A DNA stretch of 63,738 nucleotides, filler included, from Choristocarpus tenellus KU-1152 (lineage: Eukaryota > Protista > Phaeophyceae): assembly GCA_964200185.2 (NCBI GenBank). It is 10 parts of 10 records of this genome, joined end to end, with 100 filler letters (N's around TTAATTAATTAA, not from the genome) between each part and the next. Parts side by side here need not be neighbours in the genome. Positions count along the whole stretch, not along the records: positions 33,990 to 39,942 come from CAXNAD020009331.1; positions 40,043 to 44,967 come from CAXNAD020012508.1; positions 45,068 to 54,661 come from CAXNAD020003549.1; 7 more parts are not named here. One strand, given 5' to 3'. The stretch's first letter is position 1, and each line of letters begins with the position of its first letter. The notes beneath the pieces were generated by a model. The model searched no databases. It was not told the DNA's origin and worked only from the letters and a program-made list of their open reading frames with translations. This document shows, one piece after another, positions 37,101 to 49,616 of the stretch. A program made the translations under genes and the position numbers.

Positions 37101-39571
37101 GCTTGTCCTGTCTGCCGTTTTGGCGCACACACACACCAAACACCAAGCTTTCTATCAAAGCTGTGAGTCGAATCTGGGCGCGCATTGGCTGCAATGATCA
37201 TGGTTTTGGGGATATAACTCTTGTGCTGCACAGTAAGGGACCCTGAAAGGTCGCTATCATCCTCATGCGGAAATACCCAAAACCCTTTCCCCATCAGCCA
37301 TCACATAAAACCAGGTTTCAGTCACATGGACCGTGTTCACCATGGAGGCATACACACCATGTTTCCGGTCCACTTCATCGCAAACAAGTCCATTCTCCAT
37401 ACCTTTTGCCACGATTTAAGCTTAGGTTAGATCCAGCAGCAATTCCGCATGGCCCCCATATCATCCAACCACCTGCTTATGGTGCTCATGCTATAATTCA
37501 GTCCCTTGGCGGCCATCTTCATTGTCACCTGACGCACTGTGGATGACCAAATATCGAAGTTGATACGATACTATGTATTGCAGCCATCTTGGTTGGTGTG
37601 AGCTCCGAACGCCGCCCGCTACATGCCGCTACCCCTAAATAAGCTGATCGGCGACGTCCTCCCAGAGCCCTCACATGTAATGCTCGGACACTCCAAACTC
37701 TGCTGCAAGGGCCGACCTAACGTGTCGCGGCAGTTTATGCTTACCAGGGACCATCGCAAGGGTGTGCTGCACTGCAAGCGCAATTCTGGTATTCAGGGAC
37801 ACTTGGGCACCTTCCTATGTGGGGGTGTCCATGGGGGTGTTGCCATGCCAATGCTCTGACCCTCAACGTGCCCAGTTCTGGCCTCAAAATCACCCCCAAA
37901 AGATCCCTACATTGACGGCTTGAAGCACCTCAAGTTTGTACCTGACAATCCTCGACCCCCACCTTTTCTGAAAGCTGATATTGTCATCCCGATTTCATTC
38001 TGTGGGGTTATCGTCCGATTTAGCGCTGTTCTCGCTCGGTGAGCCCAGATGTTTTGCGGCACAAACTTATGGCATAGAGGTAGAATATATATAGGCGCAC
38101 TTGATCGGAAAATTGGAGAAGCACATGTTGGATGTTTTTGATATACCTAGTGTATAGAAGAAGCCAATACGAGGTTTTTTTCGCCTGGCAGGCAGTTAAC
38201 AGTACTGCCTGACTGGGCTGGCCCACTAAAGCCACAATTCATCAGACTTGCCCATCATTTTGTCAGGTTCGAATTGGTAAGGGCCCTAGATCAATTTGCT
38301 GGGAGATATTGTACCAGGGTTGACCTGCAACCTGGTCCATATTCGTTCATGCCCATAGATTTAAAATTATTACAGGCAGCCCAGTCCAGTCAAGGTGGGC
38401 TGTGCCAATAAGGTCAAAAAATGCCTGGTCGACCCCCAAATTGTCGAAGTTAATGTAGAAAAGGAGAAGTATCATACTAATCCTTTCAGCTGCAATTTTC
38501 ATCATTATAACAATATCATAAGCCTGAACAATCTGGTTCCTTACCATCTACTTCGAATTATGATTCTTATCAGACCAAAGACTGACCCACAGTCTGATCC
38601 ACCCCAGCCTGGTGCGGTTCCAATCTCTGACAGTCCCGGACCGGCCTTATTAACCGTACTTCTATAGGGCTGGACCATGGCCCAGTCCAGTTGAAACCCC
38701 TGACAGACGTAAACCCAGCGATATTAAAACATATCCCAGCTTGACCATACCATGGTATGGTCCAGTTGAAGTTTCTGATGGACTTGCCCTGATGAAACAT
38801 GTATTATCATGAACAGTCTGCGGCCCAGTCCCATTGCATCATCTGGTCTGATGAAAATCCTTGCCAAGCTTATTTCCAATAATTGAGTCAATTCCATAAA
38901 ATATAGCCTCTTCCATGTGTGAAAGTATCTTAGAGGGTTCAAGTTTTGCCCTGTTTGTCTGTTTGGGACTTGGCTTCCCACAGTTTTTTCTTATGACATT
39001 TTCCTATTCCGAAATGTCTTGGAGTAGGTAGAATGTACACCTTTTGAAATAGATGATTATGCATTTGTCTGGAACAAGAATATTGGCATTTCCTAACAAA
39101 TAGAATAGTCAAAATTACGTCAAGATCGAAACATTGGATTTTGGCCCCAAATGGATGCGACTCTAGCCTCTAAGATACTTAGTGCTTCCCGTATTTCTCC
39201 AAAGGTGGAGATAAGCAAAGGCTACGGAGTAGCTGACTGGCGAGAGGACATTAAGAAATGTCTCTTGAATGCAGGTCTCAAGAATAAGCCAACCACCTTC
39301 CTCTTCAGGTGAGTTCAGGAGTGTGTATCCCATTTCATTCACAAGGTCTTCACTGTTCTTGGCAGAATTCTTAATAGATCTACCAGCAGATGGGGACAAT
39401 GTCCTATGAGGAAAATGACACTACCGTTCCAACAATACCTCTTACTTTTTTCAGTGATGTTCAGATTGTCAACGAGGTCATGCTGGAGGACATCAACAAT
39501 ATCCTCAATGCTGGAGACGTTCCCAACCTGTATGCTCCAGAAGACCTAGACACTATCATGTCCACCTGCAG
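34117..39571 (+). CDS. Axonemal (inner-arm, DNAH1-like) dynein heavy chain, AAA3-lid to AAA4 region; 5 exons
   Basis: Exons 34117-34304, 34556-34639, 36026-36238, 39205-39308, 39455-39571. Motifs [52 protein letters not shown] (P4 loop), LEDINNILNAGDVPNLY. Confidence 0.95.
34755..35012 (+). mobile_element. MITE family A copy
   Basis: Both TIRs and the internal hairpin. Confidence 0.85.
35405..35663 (+). mobile_element. MITE family A copy (TSD TTTG)
   Basis: GAG...CTC termini; TTTG at 35401-35404 and 35664-35667. Confidence 0.9.
36403..38083 (-). mobile_element. Tc1/mariner element of the plant-mariner (DD39D-like) group, pseudogenised transposase
   Basis: MVHVTETWFY, VQHKSYIPKTMIIAANARP, QQDSATPH...QPSNSLDLNIMD. 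Imperfect 27-bp TIRs CTACCTACGTGCCATAGGTCTGTGCCG / CGGCACAAACTTATGGCATAGAGGTAG; left end preceded by TA. Confidence 0.9.
38917..39186 (+). mobile_element. MITE family A copy immediately upstream of a dynein 3' splice site
   Basis: GTGAAAGTATCTTAGAGGG...CCTCTAAGATACTT. Confidence 0.85.
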
Positions 39572-40194
39572 GTATACACCACCTCCTGTTTGCTGGGTCA
39601 TGCTAACTCACACTTGCCATCAGTTCATGCAGGTCTATCCAAATGCATGCCCACAGCAATTTGTTTTACTCATGATTCCTTCACGGGCATTGGAGAAGAG
39701 TGTGTGTATGGGCACGTTTCTGGGTGTCTACTTTTTTTAATCCTCAAATGGTCAGCATTATACTCTGGAGTTTGATAGATGAACCTCACACCTCTTAAAA
39801 TTGAATAGTAGCTCTGGAAAATATGTTTTATATTCAATGCAAAATACTTTCTCTGCACTTTCCCACATTCTTGATGTCACTTGATTTCTCCATGGCTCCT
39901 TCTTGTGTATGACCCAAAGTATCTGGGAGGTGGGGGGGGGGGNNNNNNNNNNNNNNNNNNNNNNNNNNNNNNNNNNNNNNNNNNNNTTAATTAATTAANN
40001 NNNNNNNNNNNNNNNNNNNNNNNNNNNNNNNNNNNNNNNNNNCCCCCACAATAACACTAACCATAAACCTTACCCTTCCCCTTCCCCTGAGCCCATCTGT
40101 ATGCCATGCCAACCTATAGTGGCCATGCGTCCTACCCAAATTCCATCGCTGCGCCATGCTCGACCTTCCTTACCCTAACCTGACCCTGTCATCA

Positions 40195-41285
40195 GGATTA
40201 AATCGACCCACTAAACCGACCCCCCAACAAAGGATGGTATATTTTTACATTCTTCATGCGAAACATAGGACAACAGACGCTGACCAACAACGCTGTTGGA
40301 CACATTGAAAATCCGACATATGCAATCAAAGAGACACTAAACTAACCCCAAAACGAACGATGGTGTATTTCACATGTGAACCGTAGGACAACAGACCCTG
40401 ACTAACAGCCCTTTTGTGTACATGCAAACTTGGACACATGCGACCAAACAATCACTAAACTAACCTGAAAACAAACAATATTATATTTTTGCATTCTTCA
40501 TGCGAACCCCAGGACAACAGACCCTAACCGACAGCCCTGTTTGTGTACGTACGAAATCCGACTCATGCAACCGAAGAAACAATAAACTAAGCTAAAAAAA
40601 CCCATGGCCTATTTTCTCATTCTTCCTGCTAACCCCAGGACAACAGACCCTAACCAACAGCCCTGTTTGTGTATATACGAAATCCAACTCATGCAACCAA
40701 AGAAACAATAACCTAACCCAAAAACAAATAATAGTATATTTTTTCATTCTTCCTGCTAACCCTAGGACAACAGACCGTAAACAACAGCCCTATTTGTGTG
40801 TATACGAAATCCAACTCATGCAACCAAAGAAACAAAAAACTGACCCCCCCAAAAAACATGGTATATTTTTTCATTCTTCATGTAAACTATACGACAACAT
40901 AACCTAGCCAACAGCCCTGTTTGAACACATTGAAAATCCGACACATGCAATCGTCGAAACTCCAAACTAACCCTAAAACAAGGATGGCATATTTCCCCAC
41001 TTTCCGTGCGAAGGTAATGAAAAAACGGACACTAACCAACAGCCCTCTTTGAACACATTGAAAATCCGACACATGCAAATGTCGAAACTCCAAACTAACC
41101 CTAAAACAAGGATGACATATTTTCCCATTTTCCGTGCGAAGGTAACGACAAAATGGACACTAACCAACAGCCCTCTTTGAACACATTGAAAATCCGACAC
41201 GTGCAACAAAATATCAAAAAATGGGAAAATCGAAGAAAGGGTCCCAAACGGACGCCCGCACACACACCCCAGATACTTTGACCCG
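40195..41285. repeat. ~120-128-bp tandem array (~8 units) ending in a TIR-like terminus
   Basis: Recurrent CAGACCCTAACCAACAGCCCTGTTTG...GAAATCCGAC unit; ends CCCAGATACTTTGACCC. Confidence 0.85.
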
Positions 41286-41729
41286 GATGTTTTGTTATCC
41301 CCACTTACTCGTAATAAATACGTAAACTAGAACAATTAAGAAGAGTAGTAGTGCTTGGATTATCTTTTTTGTTGGTTAAAGATAAGAAGGAAGTGTGGTC
41401 GGGAATGTGGGGAGAAAAGGGATCTCATGAAGTTGGTTTGGGCTCCCAACTCTTTGGGGAGCTCCTATATCTGCCGTTTTAGGTCAAATTTGGAGAAAAT
41501 AATTCAGCCCAACAAAGTATATCGCAGGAATCCAAAATGTTACAAAGTTCACTACATGTAATTTTGTCCCGCGAAAATAAGATGGAATGAAAGCTGTATT
41601 TAGAGTGGGAGGAGAAGTTTGACTAACACACGATACAGTGTGAAATAGATAACATTCTTGTTTTTGGTGGTTTTTTCGTTTTGTTTATACTTCCATGATT
41701 GTGTTACCTGTTTGTCATATGAAGACTGT

Positions 41730-42900
41730 GTCACGGGGATGCTGATAATGCGTAGGACATACATGGTGCGTCCAAATAATTTGAAGATATTTTGAAGAGA
41801 AAAAAGGCCATTGCGAATACTCTGATTACTATCAGCTCAAATTCGTCATCCTTCACACTGCTATAGCTGCCATCTTCCGCCACAAGTCCCACCTTAAACA
41901 CCTCCCACGAAATCTCGAATACACCTTCCTTGAAGATTTTATCCCCTGTATGATCTAGTTGTCTTCTCATTCGTGGCATGAGAAACCAGGTGTCCGAAGT
42001 CAGCTGTTTTGCATCCACCCTGGCCTTAGCTGATTTCTCACTTACGCAATCGTCTTCCCCTTTTCATACCAATATCTTTCCGACTGTTGCACATGTTCGT
42101 GAATAGTGCAGCCCCTAATGACGCCCATACGTTTGTCCACATCACGCGTGTAATGTCCTTTGCGAAGGCACATGATTGAACATCCTATCGGTGGGTTGAG
42201 TTTTTAAAGCTTTAACTCCACATGCGACCAAAACAAACATGGGTTGAAACTTCGTCGTATAACAATTGTTCGAAAATATTTTCAGGCAAATTAGAATGGT
42301 ACACAGATCTGTCGGTGAGAGAGACACCTCAAACTCTTTTCTTTCGTCTGGTAACCAGATTTGGACAGTTGTATCATATTTCCCACATAAAATTGTGTAA
42401 GGATGAGCTCAAACTTGTCGAGTTGAGGTGAAAAGAGCTGCACCTCATTGGAGTCCACTTGAACAAATCCTTTTTCAGTCCAAAAAGTTGCAAATAACTC
42501 CATTTTCTCCTGCCAAGTTTCCGCCTGCTGTCCCTTGGGATAGAAACTCTTTGTCGCCCATTTTGAGCTTCTCTATTTCCTCTTGGCATCATCAGCGTTG
42601 ATTACCTCTTAAGCAACACGCTTAGGGGAATATTCCACTTTTTTTTGCAGCAGGTGTGGATTATTTCCTTGTCTTAGGTAGACTTTCCCCTGTCAAGCTC
42701 TTACGTCTCATGTCTGCAAGTGCTTGTGAGGCTGATCCTCTCGACCCCTTGCTTTGGTAATTCACTGTTGTGAAACATTTTGCTTGAAATGTCGATAACT
42801 CAAGATTGGCATCGAGTTGGTTGGTGACCCGCTCATATTCTTGTCTCCCGTAGGCAAGGTCGTAGGTGAGGCGGGTAAGGGGCAGAAGAGGTGAAAGTCA
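41730..42900 (-). pseudogene. Putative Sola-like DDE transposase relic
   Basis: LKIFSNNC (cf. L.+FSDNC) followed, after a frameshift, by LRKGHYTRDVDKRMGVI (cf. GH...D..FG.I). Many stops. Confidence 0.45.
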
Positions 42901-43790
42901 GATAGCCTGCCCAAGATAACGCAATTCAGTGAACACACCATACGACTTATGACTGCAAGATGTCTTAATCCTAAAATGGCACAAATTATAGGGAGTTGTG
43001 AGGGATCGAAATTTTATGATCGTCTTAATCAATCAATTACATACTTGCCAATATTTTGCTAGTAGAAAGAGCTTATAGATTGCCCCTAATTCCCTTAAAT
43101 AGAGCCGCAAAGAAAAAATAAGGTTGTTGGTCAACTTCCGTTCCCCCTGACCAAATATGATCTTCTCCAGTTTCTTTCTGCGAGGTAGAAAAGATGGAAT
43201 TTGTTGGAACTTGGACAAAAGCCCTCCAGTTTTCATCCAAATGCTAAGAGGTGAAATTGGAGAAAGGGATAGGTGCTAAACCGATATCAGACTCATTTCA
43301 AAGGCTTTGACCTGATAACATCAACACAAGGAATCACCATTTATGGTATTAGATAATGTCAATTGGAATTAGAATATCCTTGCTTCTACTTTGTTTCTAA
43401 CAATATGTCTTGTTGATGGTTTCATACACATGATTATGACCTTAAGTTTTAGTATTATATATTTGTACTTGACTATTTTTTCACTATTTAATCATTATGA
43501 ACCCACATTGACATGGGACATCGCTGTCTAGTTCTGTTTATATGATGATGATGAATGATAGTTATGAAGGGAATGATCGAAGTGAGAGATTCAGCATAGT
43601 TTACGAACTTTGCATCATGGAGCCTTGTATGAGCTTCATGGTCCACATGCATTCTTATGGATTGCACCTGAATATCCCATCATGGCTAGCTTGCGGAGCG
43701 TTTTGTAACATAGACCTCCTACGTTGTCTCTTCAAACCAGAGAGATAATTTAGCTCGCCGCATGGAACTGTTATGGATTCGTCTCCCTCT

Positions 43791-43970
43791 GGCTCAAAGT
43801 ATCTGGGGGGGGTGGCGGTTGTCCATTTGAGGCCATTTTTTTCATATCGCGATTATTGGGTGATATGGTTCCATACGTTGGATGGATAATTAAAGTGCAC
43901 TTTTCCTGGGTTTGGTCCAAATTGATGCTAGGCGATATTGCTGACCGCCTTATTGTGTCCACTGGGTCGC
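43791..43970 (+). mobile_element. TIR family B left end (homologous to 54193-54374)
   Basis: GGCTCAAAGTATCTGGGG...GTCCATTTGAGGCC...CATATCGCGATT...GCACTTTTCCTG. Confidence 0.7.
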
Positions 43971-45193
43971 TCAAATGATCTGTGTCCTAGATTATAATCT
44001 CGAGATTATATTTAGAGGTACTTTCAGTATTGATGTTGTGTGTTATGCATGTCTCGATTTTCTGTAGAGTAGGTTCCTTCTGATTCACATACTCACTCTT
44101 GTCGTCCGTTGGTACCTTCGCTGCTTGTTTGTGTTCTCCTGCATTGCAACCATCGCTTTCAGGTACAGAAATAACCAGCAGTTCGATCAGTCACAATTGA
44201 ATAGCAGATGATCAAGGGGGCACAAGGTGCGTTTTGTCCGTGACCCGCAGGTCCTGTGTCAAGAAGTCATGGAAAGTCAAAAGAGAATCGACAGTTTGAA
44301 AGATATCATCCAATACGTTGACTTGAAATCAAACCCTTTTCCAAGATGGAGATTGGGAGGAACTCAACGGGACAGATGATGGGCTTATCCCAACGGGACT
44401 CAGGTAAGAAACGAAACGAGAAGATAGGGACTGAGGACCCTTTCATTGTAATTCAAAATTGAGATGTATGCCATGTAACATTCGAAACAGACCCTCAGAA
44501 GGAACAAGTGTGCTGCTTGATTAAGCTAGATGCAAATCGAGTTTGATTGTATCCTGTGACCTTTAGGGTGGACATTCCCAAAGGAAGCAAATATACGCAT
44601 AGATCACACTTGTGGTTTTTCCATGGTTTTCCCCTGACACATCCACAATATGTCAAAGGGCATAATAATAAAATTATTAGTATAACTTCACCATGCAACT
44701 GACCAAGACCTCGTTGGGACGAGCCTTTCCTGCGCGAGGCTATTGTGCACACAGATTTTTGTCATTCGTGGTTTGACAGAATGTACCACCAACTAGTTAA
44801 GATGTTCTGGGATGTTCTGGGATGTTCTGAGGATCTTTGGAACGCTTGTAGTTGAGAGTTAAAATAAAGTGACCTGCACCAGACAGATCCAAGAAGACAG
44901 GTGAGCGTTATGGGAACTGACATTGCAGAATTTCCCAAAAAAGCCAAATCTCTTATTGGTATTGTGCNNNNNNNNNNNNNNNNNNNNNNNNNNNNNNNNN
45001 NNNNNNNNNNNTTAATTAATTAANNNNNNNNNNNNNNNNNNNNNNNNNNNNNNNNNNNNNNNNNNNNCTACCCCCCATTCGTGCACCCTCAAATCTTACA
45101 ATCAATACATTTGGTCTTGCCACGAAACGCCTCCCTACTTTTTTCATTTTCCTTTTTTCTCACCCTCTCCTGCCTTGTTTCTTGCAATGGCAG

Positions 45194-48000
45194 GAGTTCA
45201 ATCTTTCACTACGTGAAAGCTCTGGGGCCAGTATCCTCCCCTGGGTTGCTGGGGCAATAGTGGGCAACATCGCGGGATGGGGTTCTGACTGGTTGGTCAA
45301 TAAGGTTTGTGGTTCGATTGTGCCGGATCTTCCTAGGAAACCCCTTGAATGATAACTCAAGCTATTTTTAATTTCAGAAAATGTTTTTCGCCTTTTTTTC
45401 ATTTTTTTTTTTATCCTCTCTCTCTCTCTCTCTCTCTTCTGATTCGGTGAACGGAAAGCTTAACGAGAGGTTTTACTAAATAATTTTTTTTTTCAAGTGA
45501 TGTAGTATGACGCGCAAAAGGTTTTTTTTCAATCTTTTTTTTTTTTTAAGAAATGTCGTGACGTTGAAGAAAGTGCACGTCAGTAGAGAGTAAGTTTTGG
45601 TTCTTCAAACCACCACGTGATTTTTCAAAATCAGACGAAACGCCTTCATCCACCTGTGGACTGTGTTGTGTGCTCCAAAAAAAACCTTTTTGTCACCAGA
45701 AAGCCGGAGGGACCCTTGAAAACCTCTGTGACTCCCTCCTCTTGGTTATTTCGACTCCAACTTGTCATTTGTTCGGCCTGGCAAGAGTGTGAGAGTGTTG
45801 TCCATTCTCTTGTGCTTGCAAATGCCTCCTATGATACTACAAAAACTTGTTTTAGTCGATGTACAGTATAGTATTGTAGTACCCTCCTTGACCTGAACCA
45901 TGTTGAGGTTGCCGTATGTCTGTGGCCATGTGGTGTATCAGGTATCATCACTTCAATCACACGAGGATGTGCATACATACATTTATTTATTTTTTTAATG
46001 TTCTCTTTTTTTTGTTGTTGTGAATAAAGTGTCCCTTCCTCTTTCACTCTTCAAAAATGCAGAAGATTCTGTGAGCGTTTTTTTCCTCGTAGCATAAAAA
46101 TGGGAGTAAGCGTGGATATATGATGTAATATGTTTAAAAAAAAAATTCAGGAGGTTTTTTTTTGTAGATTATTTCGCCAATCAGTCAGGTCAATACCCAA
46201 AAACCTTTTTTTTTGTGATAAGTCACGATCTGTCTGTACACAGAGTTTTGAAATGTTTTTGCACATACTTTCCAGACATTTTTTCGTCCTGTGCTTCTTT
46301 TTATTATTTATACATTATATTTGGAACTTGAGTGAAGACAACAATTTTCGATCGTATGTCTGTGACAAAATATATTTTTTATTGTACTACTTTTCTAAAT
46401 ATTCAAATACTGTAAATATACTCGGGAGGGAAATAAAATAAATTAAAATAATTAAAATGAATTTCTCGTTCTCTAAAGTGTACCAACTCATCTGCAGTCC
46501 ACTATAGTTCCAACAACAATGGTTTAACCAATAACCCTCTCTCCTTAAGCCAACCTAACTCCCCCCAACCCCCCCCCCATCCCCATCCCCTAAAAATCCA
46601 CTCTGAAAAATAGGAAGTACTCCCACTGACCACAGTTCGGAAGATATTTCAAACAGTGGCCTTAGTGGGACCAGCACTGTGCATGCTAGTTTTAGCAGGG
46701 AGACCGGAGACATCGTCAGTGGCCTCAAACATCTTCACCTTGGCAGTGGCATTGGGATCCTGCTCTAGCGCTGGATTTGCCTCTTCTGTGCAGGATCTCC
46801 AGTCCAAGGTGAATTTGTGTGTGTGTAAAAAAGACTTAGAGTGTGGTATAATAGTGTGTATTTGATGTATACCCAGTTGTGTTTATTGTTGTGTATTTTA
46901 GAAACGCTTGTCACATTTTGAATCATTTTGGGTGTTGTGTTTTGGTTGTGCACAGGCTGTGGATGCTGACCTCATATTAAAAAAAAAAAAAAATGCCCAT
47001 TTTTATTGTTCTTCTGGCCGTGATGTAAAAAAAAGAAGTATATTGTTCAGCAGAACAGGGTGACCGTTCTCACCCCAAGGTGCCACAACAAGGAGTCAGT
47101 TATCCCAATGTATCCTTACAACGAGAACACTTTTTTTTTTTTCAGAGATTGTGAACCATCGCCACACAGTACCTTTGTCTCCCCCGAATGAAACCAAGTT
47201 CTTATTAGGTACCACTGGTGACTTACTTACCCACCTCCTCATCTCTCTCTCTCTCTCTCTCTGTATGTGTCCGTGTTTTGTTTGTGGACAGTACACAAGT
47301 GTGATCTATGGAATGACGTCTGTGGCATCCGGGGTGGTGGGGTCAGCAGGAACATACTTGACAGGCGTTGTGCTGGATACAACAGACTCCTGGGCCATAG
47401 TATTTCAGGTCTGTTTGTCGCTCTGGATAAAACAATAATAATTTTTGGTATGTCAACAATTGTAGAAAAACAGGTATTCCTTTTTTGTGTTGTTTTTATT
47501 TTATAATGTGTTGCAGTTTCGTTTTCTACTCTTTTTTTTAATAAATAAATAAAAACTCCTAAGACTTCCTTTCTTGTAAAAGAGGATTTAAAACACTTCA
47601 AAAAAATAGGTAAGATGGTTACACACACATATTATTAACATGAACAAATACATTTATTTATTCTTAAACAGAGCAATCCCTCGCAGTCAATCCCTCGCCT
47701 AAAGATTGACATCATTCAAAACATTTTTTCACTGAGTAGTCATAGGAATCAATCTGTCTCACAAAGCAAAATCATTGCATGCTACACAATGGTAATATTT
47801 CACTTCATTTTATCGACGTCTTACCGCCACATTCACCAACGAATCTCAAAAAAAGGTTGGTTAAGCCATACCCCGGGATAAAGGGATAAAGGGTTAAAGG
47901 GTGAAAGAAGTCGTATCGAAGAGCCACAATAAAAATAAGAAAATTTAAGAAACGGGGGGTGGGGTAATCCATGACAGTGTGCTCTCTATCTATCTATCTC

Positions 48001-48031
<31 letters not shown>

Positions 48032-48417
48032 CTCTATCTATCTCTCTCCAACACACCGAAACCAAAAATTCTCCCACACCTCTTTCTCTCCCTTGTCCAT
48101 TTCCCCGCTGCATTTTGCCCCCACTTCCCTCCTCACCTTTCCTTGTCATCCATCTCCTTCGCAATGTACACGCCACGCCCTGCCTCTTCTCTATTTTCAC
48201 ATATTCGAATATTTACGTTCACTGTAACTCACCCACCTACCTACCGTTTGGTTCTCTCACTCCAATCTACCTCAACTATGCCCGTTCACTCCCCCACCAC
48301 CAGACCACGGCGGTGGTATATTTGCTGGGCGCTGTGTGGTACACCTCCTCTTACGAGGCGGAAAGGCTCATCATTCCTGAAGATTCGGTTCTCACCAGCA
48401 CACCAGTACAACCGTGA
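45194..48417 (+). CDS. MFS SLC17/PHT4-type anion:cation symporter, last four exons
   Basis: Exons 45194-45304, 46614-46808, 47292-47408, 48304-48417 (TGA). Motifs SILPW..G...GWGSDWL, TTVRKIFQTV, GTYLTGVVLDTTDSWAIVF. Confidence 0.92.
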
Positions 48418-49616
48418 TGGAGGAACCAAGACCGGAGCAAGAGTGTGGAGGTAGTGCAGTGATCTTGGCGATAGAGGCGGGCGAGAATGATTAGAGACTT
48501 TGATGCAACAGTCGTATAGTATAGTGAGAATGCAGACCGACTTCTTCCTATATTTTTGTCCTACCTGCCCATTGTGTTCATGTGTTTTTTGGGTTTTTAT
48601 AGTGGTCTTGGGTTAATGCCTCTTTGCTCTGTGTGTGGAAGGATGTGGATGTAGGGGCATTGTCCTTGGGGGGCCCTCACATTGTCAATTTAAATGTGTA
48701 TGCATTTGTGTGTGTGTGAATGTAGGTATGTTTAGGTGGGGGAGGGTATTGCTGAATGTGCACGGAGTGAACCTCTCCTACTGCTATGAACTACAGGAGC
48801 GCTACATATTGTCCTCTTGTACAACCACGAAAAGAGGTAGTTGGGCGCGTTTGTTCTTGTTGTTGATGGGAGTGTACTAAAATGGAATACATTATTAATA
48901 CCAAGATTAGACAAAAGTGAACAAACTTCTTTTTTTTGTTACAGAGTAGACTCTACTTCAAGCGAAGCGTCTTTTCTTTTATTCTCGTTTTCAGAGTGGG
49001 TGCGACTATCCAATCGAGATACTCTCATAAACCCGTACAACAAACATGGAAGGGGCGATCAATGCACGCGTATGTGGTCTTATCAGATTTTTTCAATGTT
49101 CCATGGCAGTACGTGACATAGTGGTTTGGGGATTTAAAATGCAGTTTGACGTATCTCACAGGGCCATACATCAAGCTATTGTTCACTATGCTGAATGCAT
49201 TTATCATTACTTGTTCCACCTCACATAATAACATACAAGTATGTATTACTAAGACCCACGTAGAAATGTATGATTCCATATTAAACAGCATTGGAAAGAC
49301 ACTACTATTAATAGTATGACGACAGCGTTTGACATTTCTACCAATGGGACTGGTCCACAGGGTAAAACAAGGGTGCTTGAACAGGGCAGGTCGGTGTCAG
49401 AAAGGTATGTTTCAACATGGTCAGCCCAGAGCCTTCCGAGATACACACAGGATATGGAAACAAACACTTGCTACACAGGATGTTACCACCCCACAACGTC
49501 AACTCCACCTTGCAACACTCAATTGAAACACAGCACTCCTAATACTACTATTTATACATATATATAGTCTTTTCGATTTTCCTTCTTTCATCAATCTCAT
49601 CCCCCGCCCCCCCGAA

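Noticed and set aside
38190-38840. Scattered GGGCTGG/CCCAGTCC inverted motifs
   Set aside because: Probably decayed subterminal repeats of a DNA transposon, but no boundaries or TSD can be defined.
43993-44010. 18-bp perfect palindrome TATAATCTCGAGATTATA
   Set aside because: Single occurrence with no supporting context.
44250-44967. Exon-like block and protein-like stretch
   Set aside because: Interrupted by stops and a frameshift; no assignable motif.
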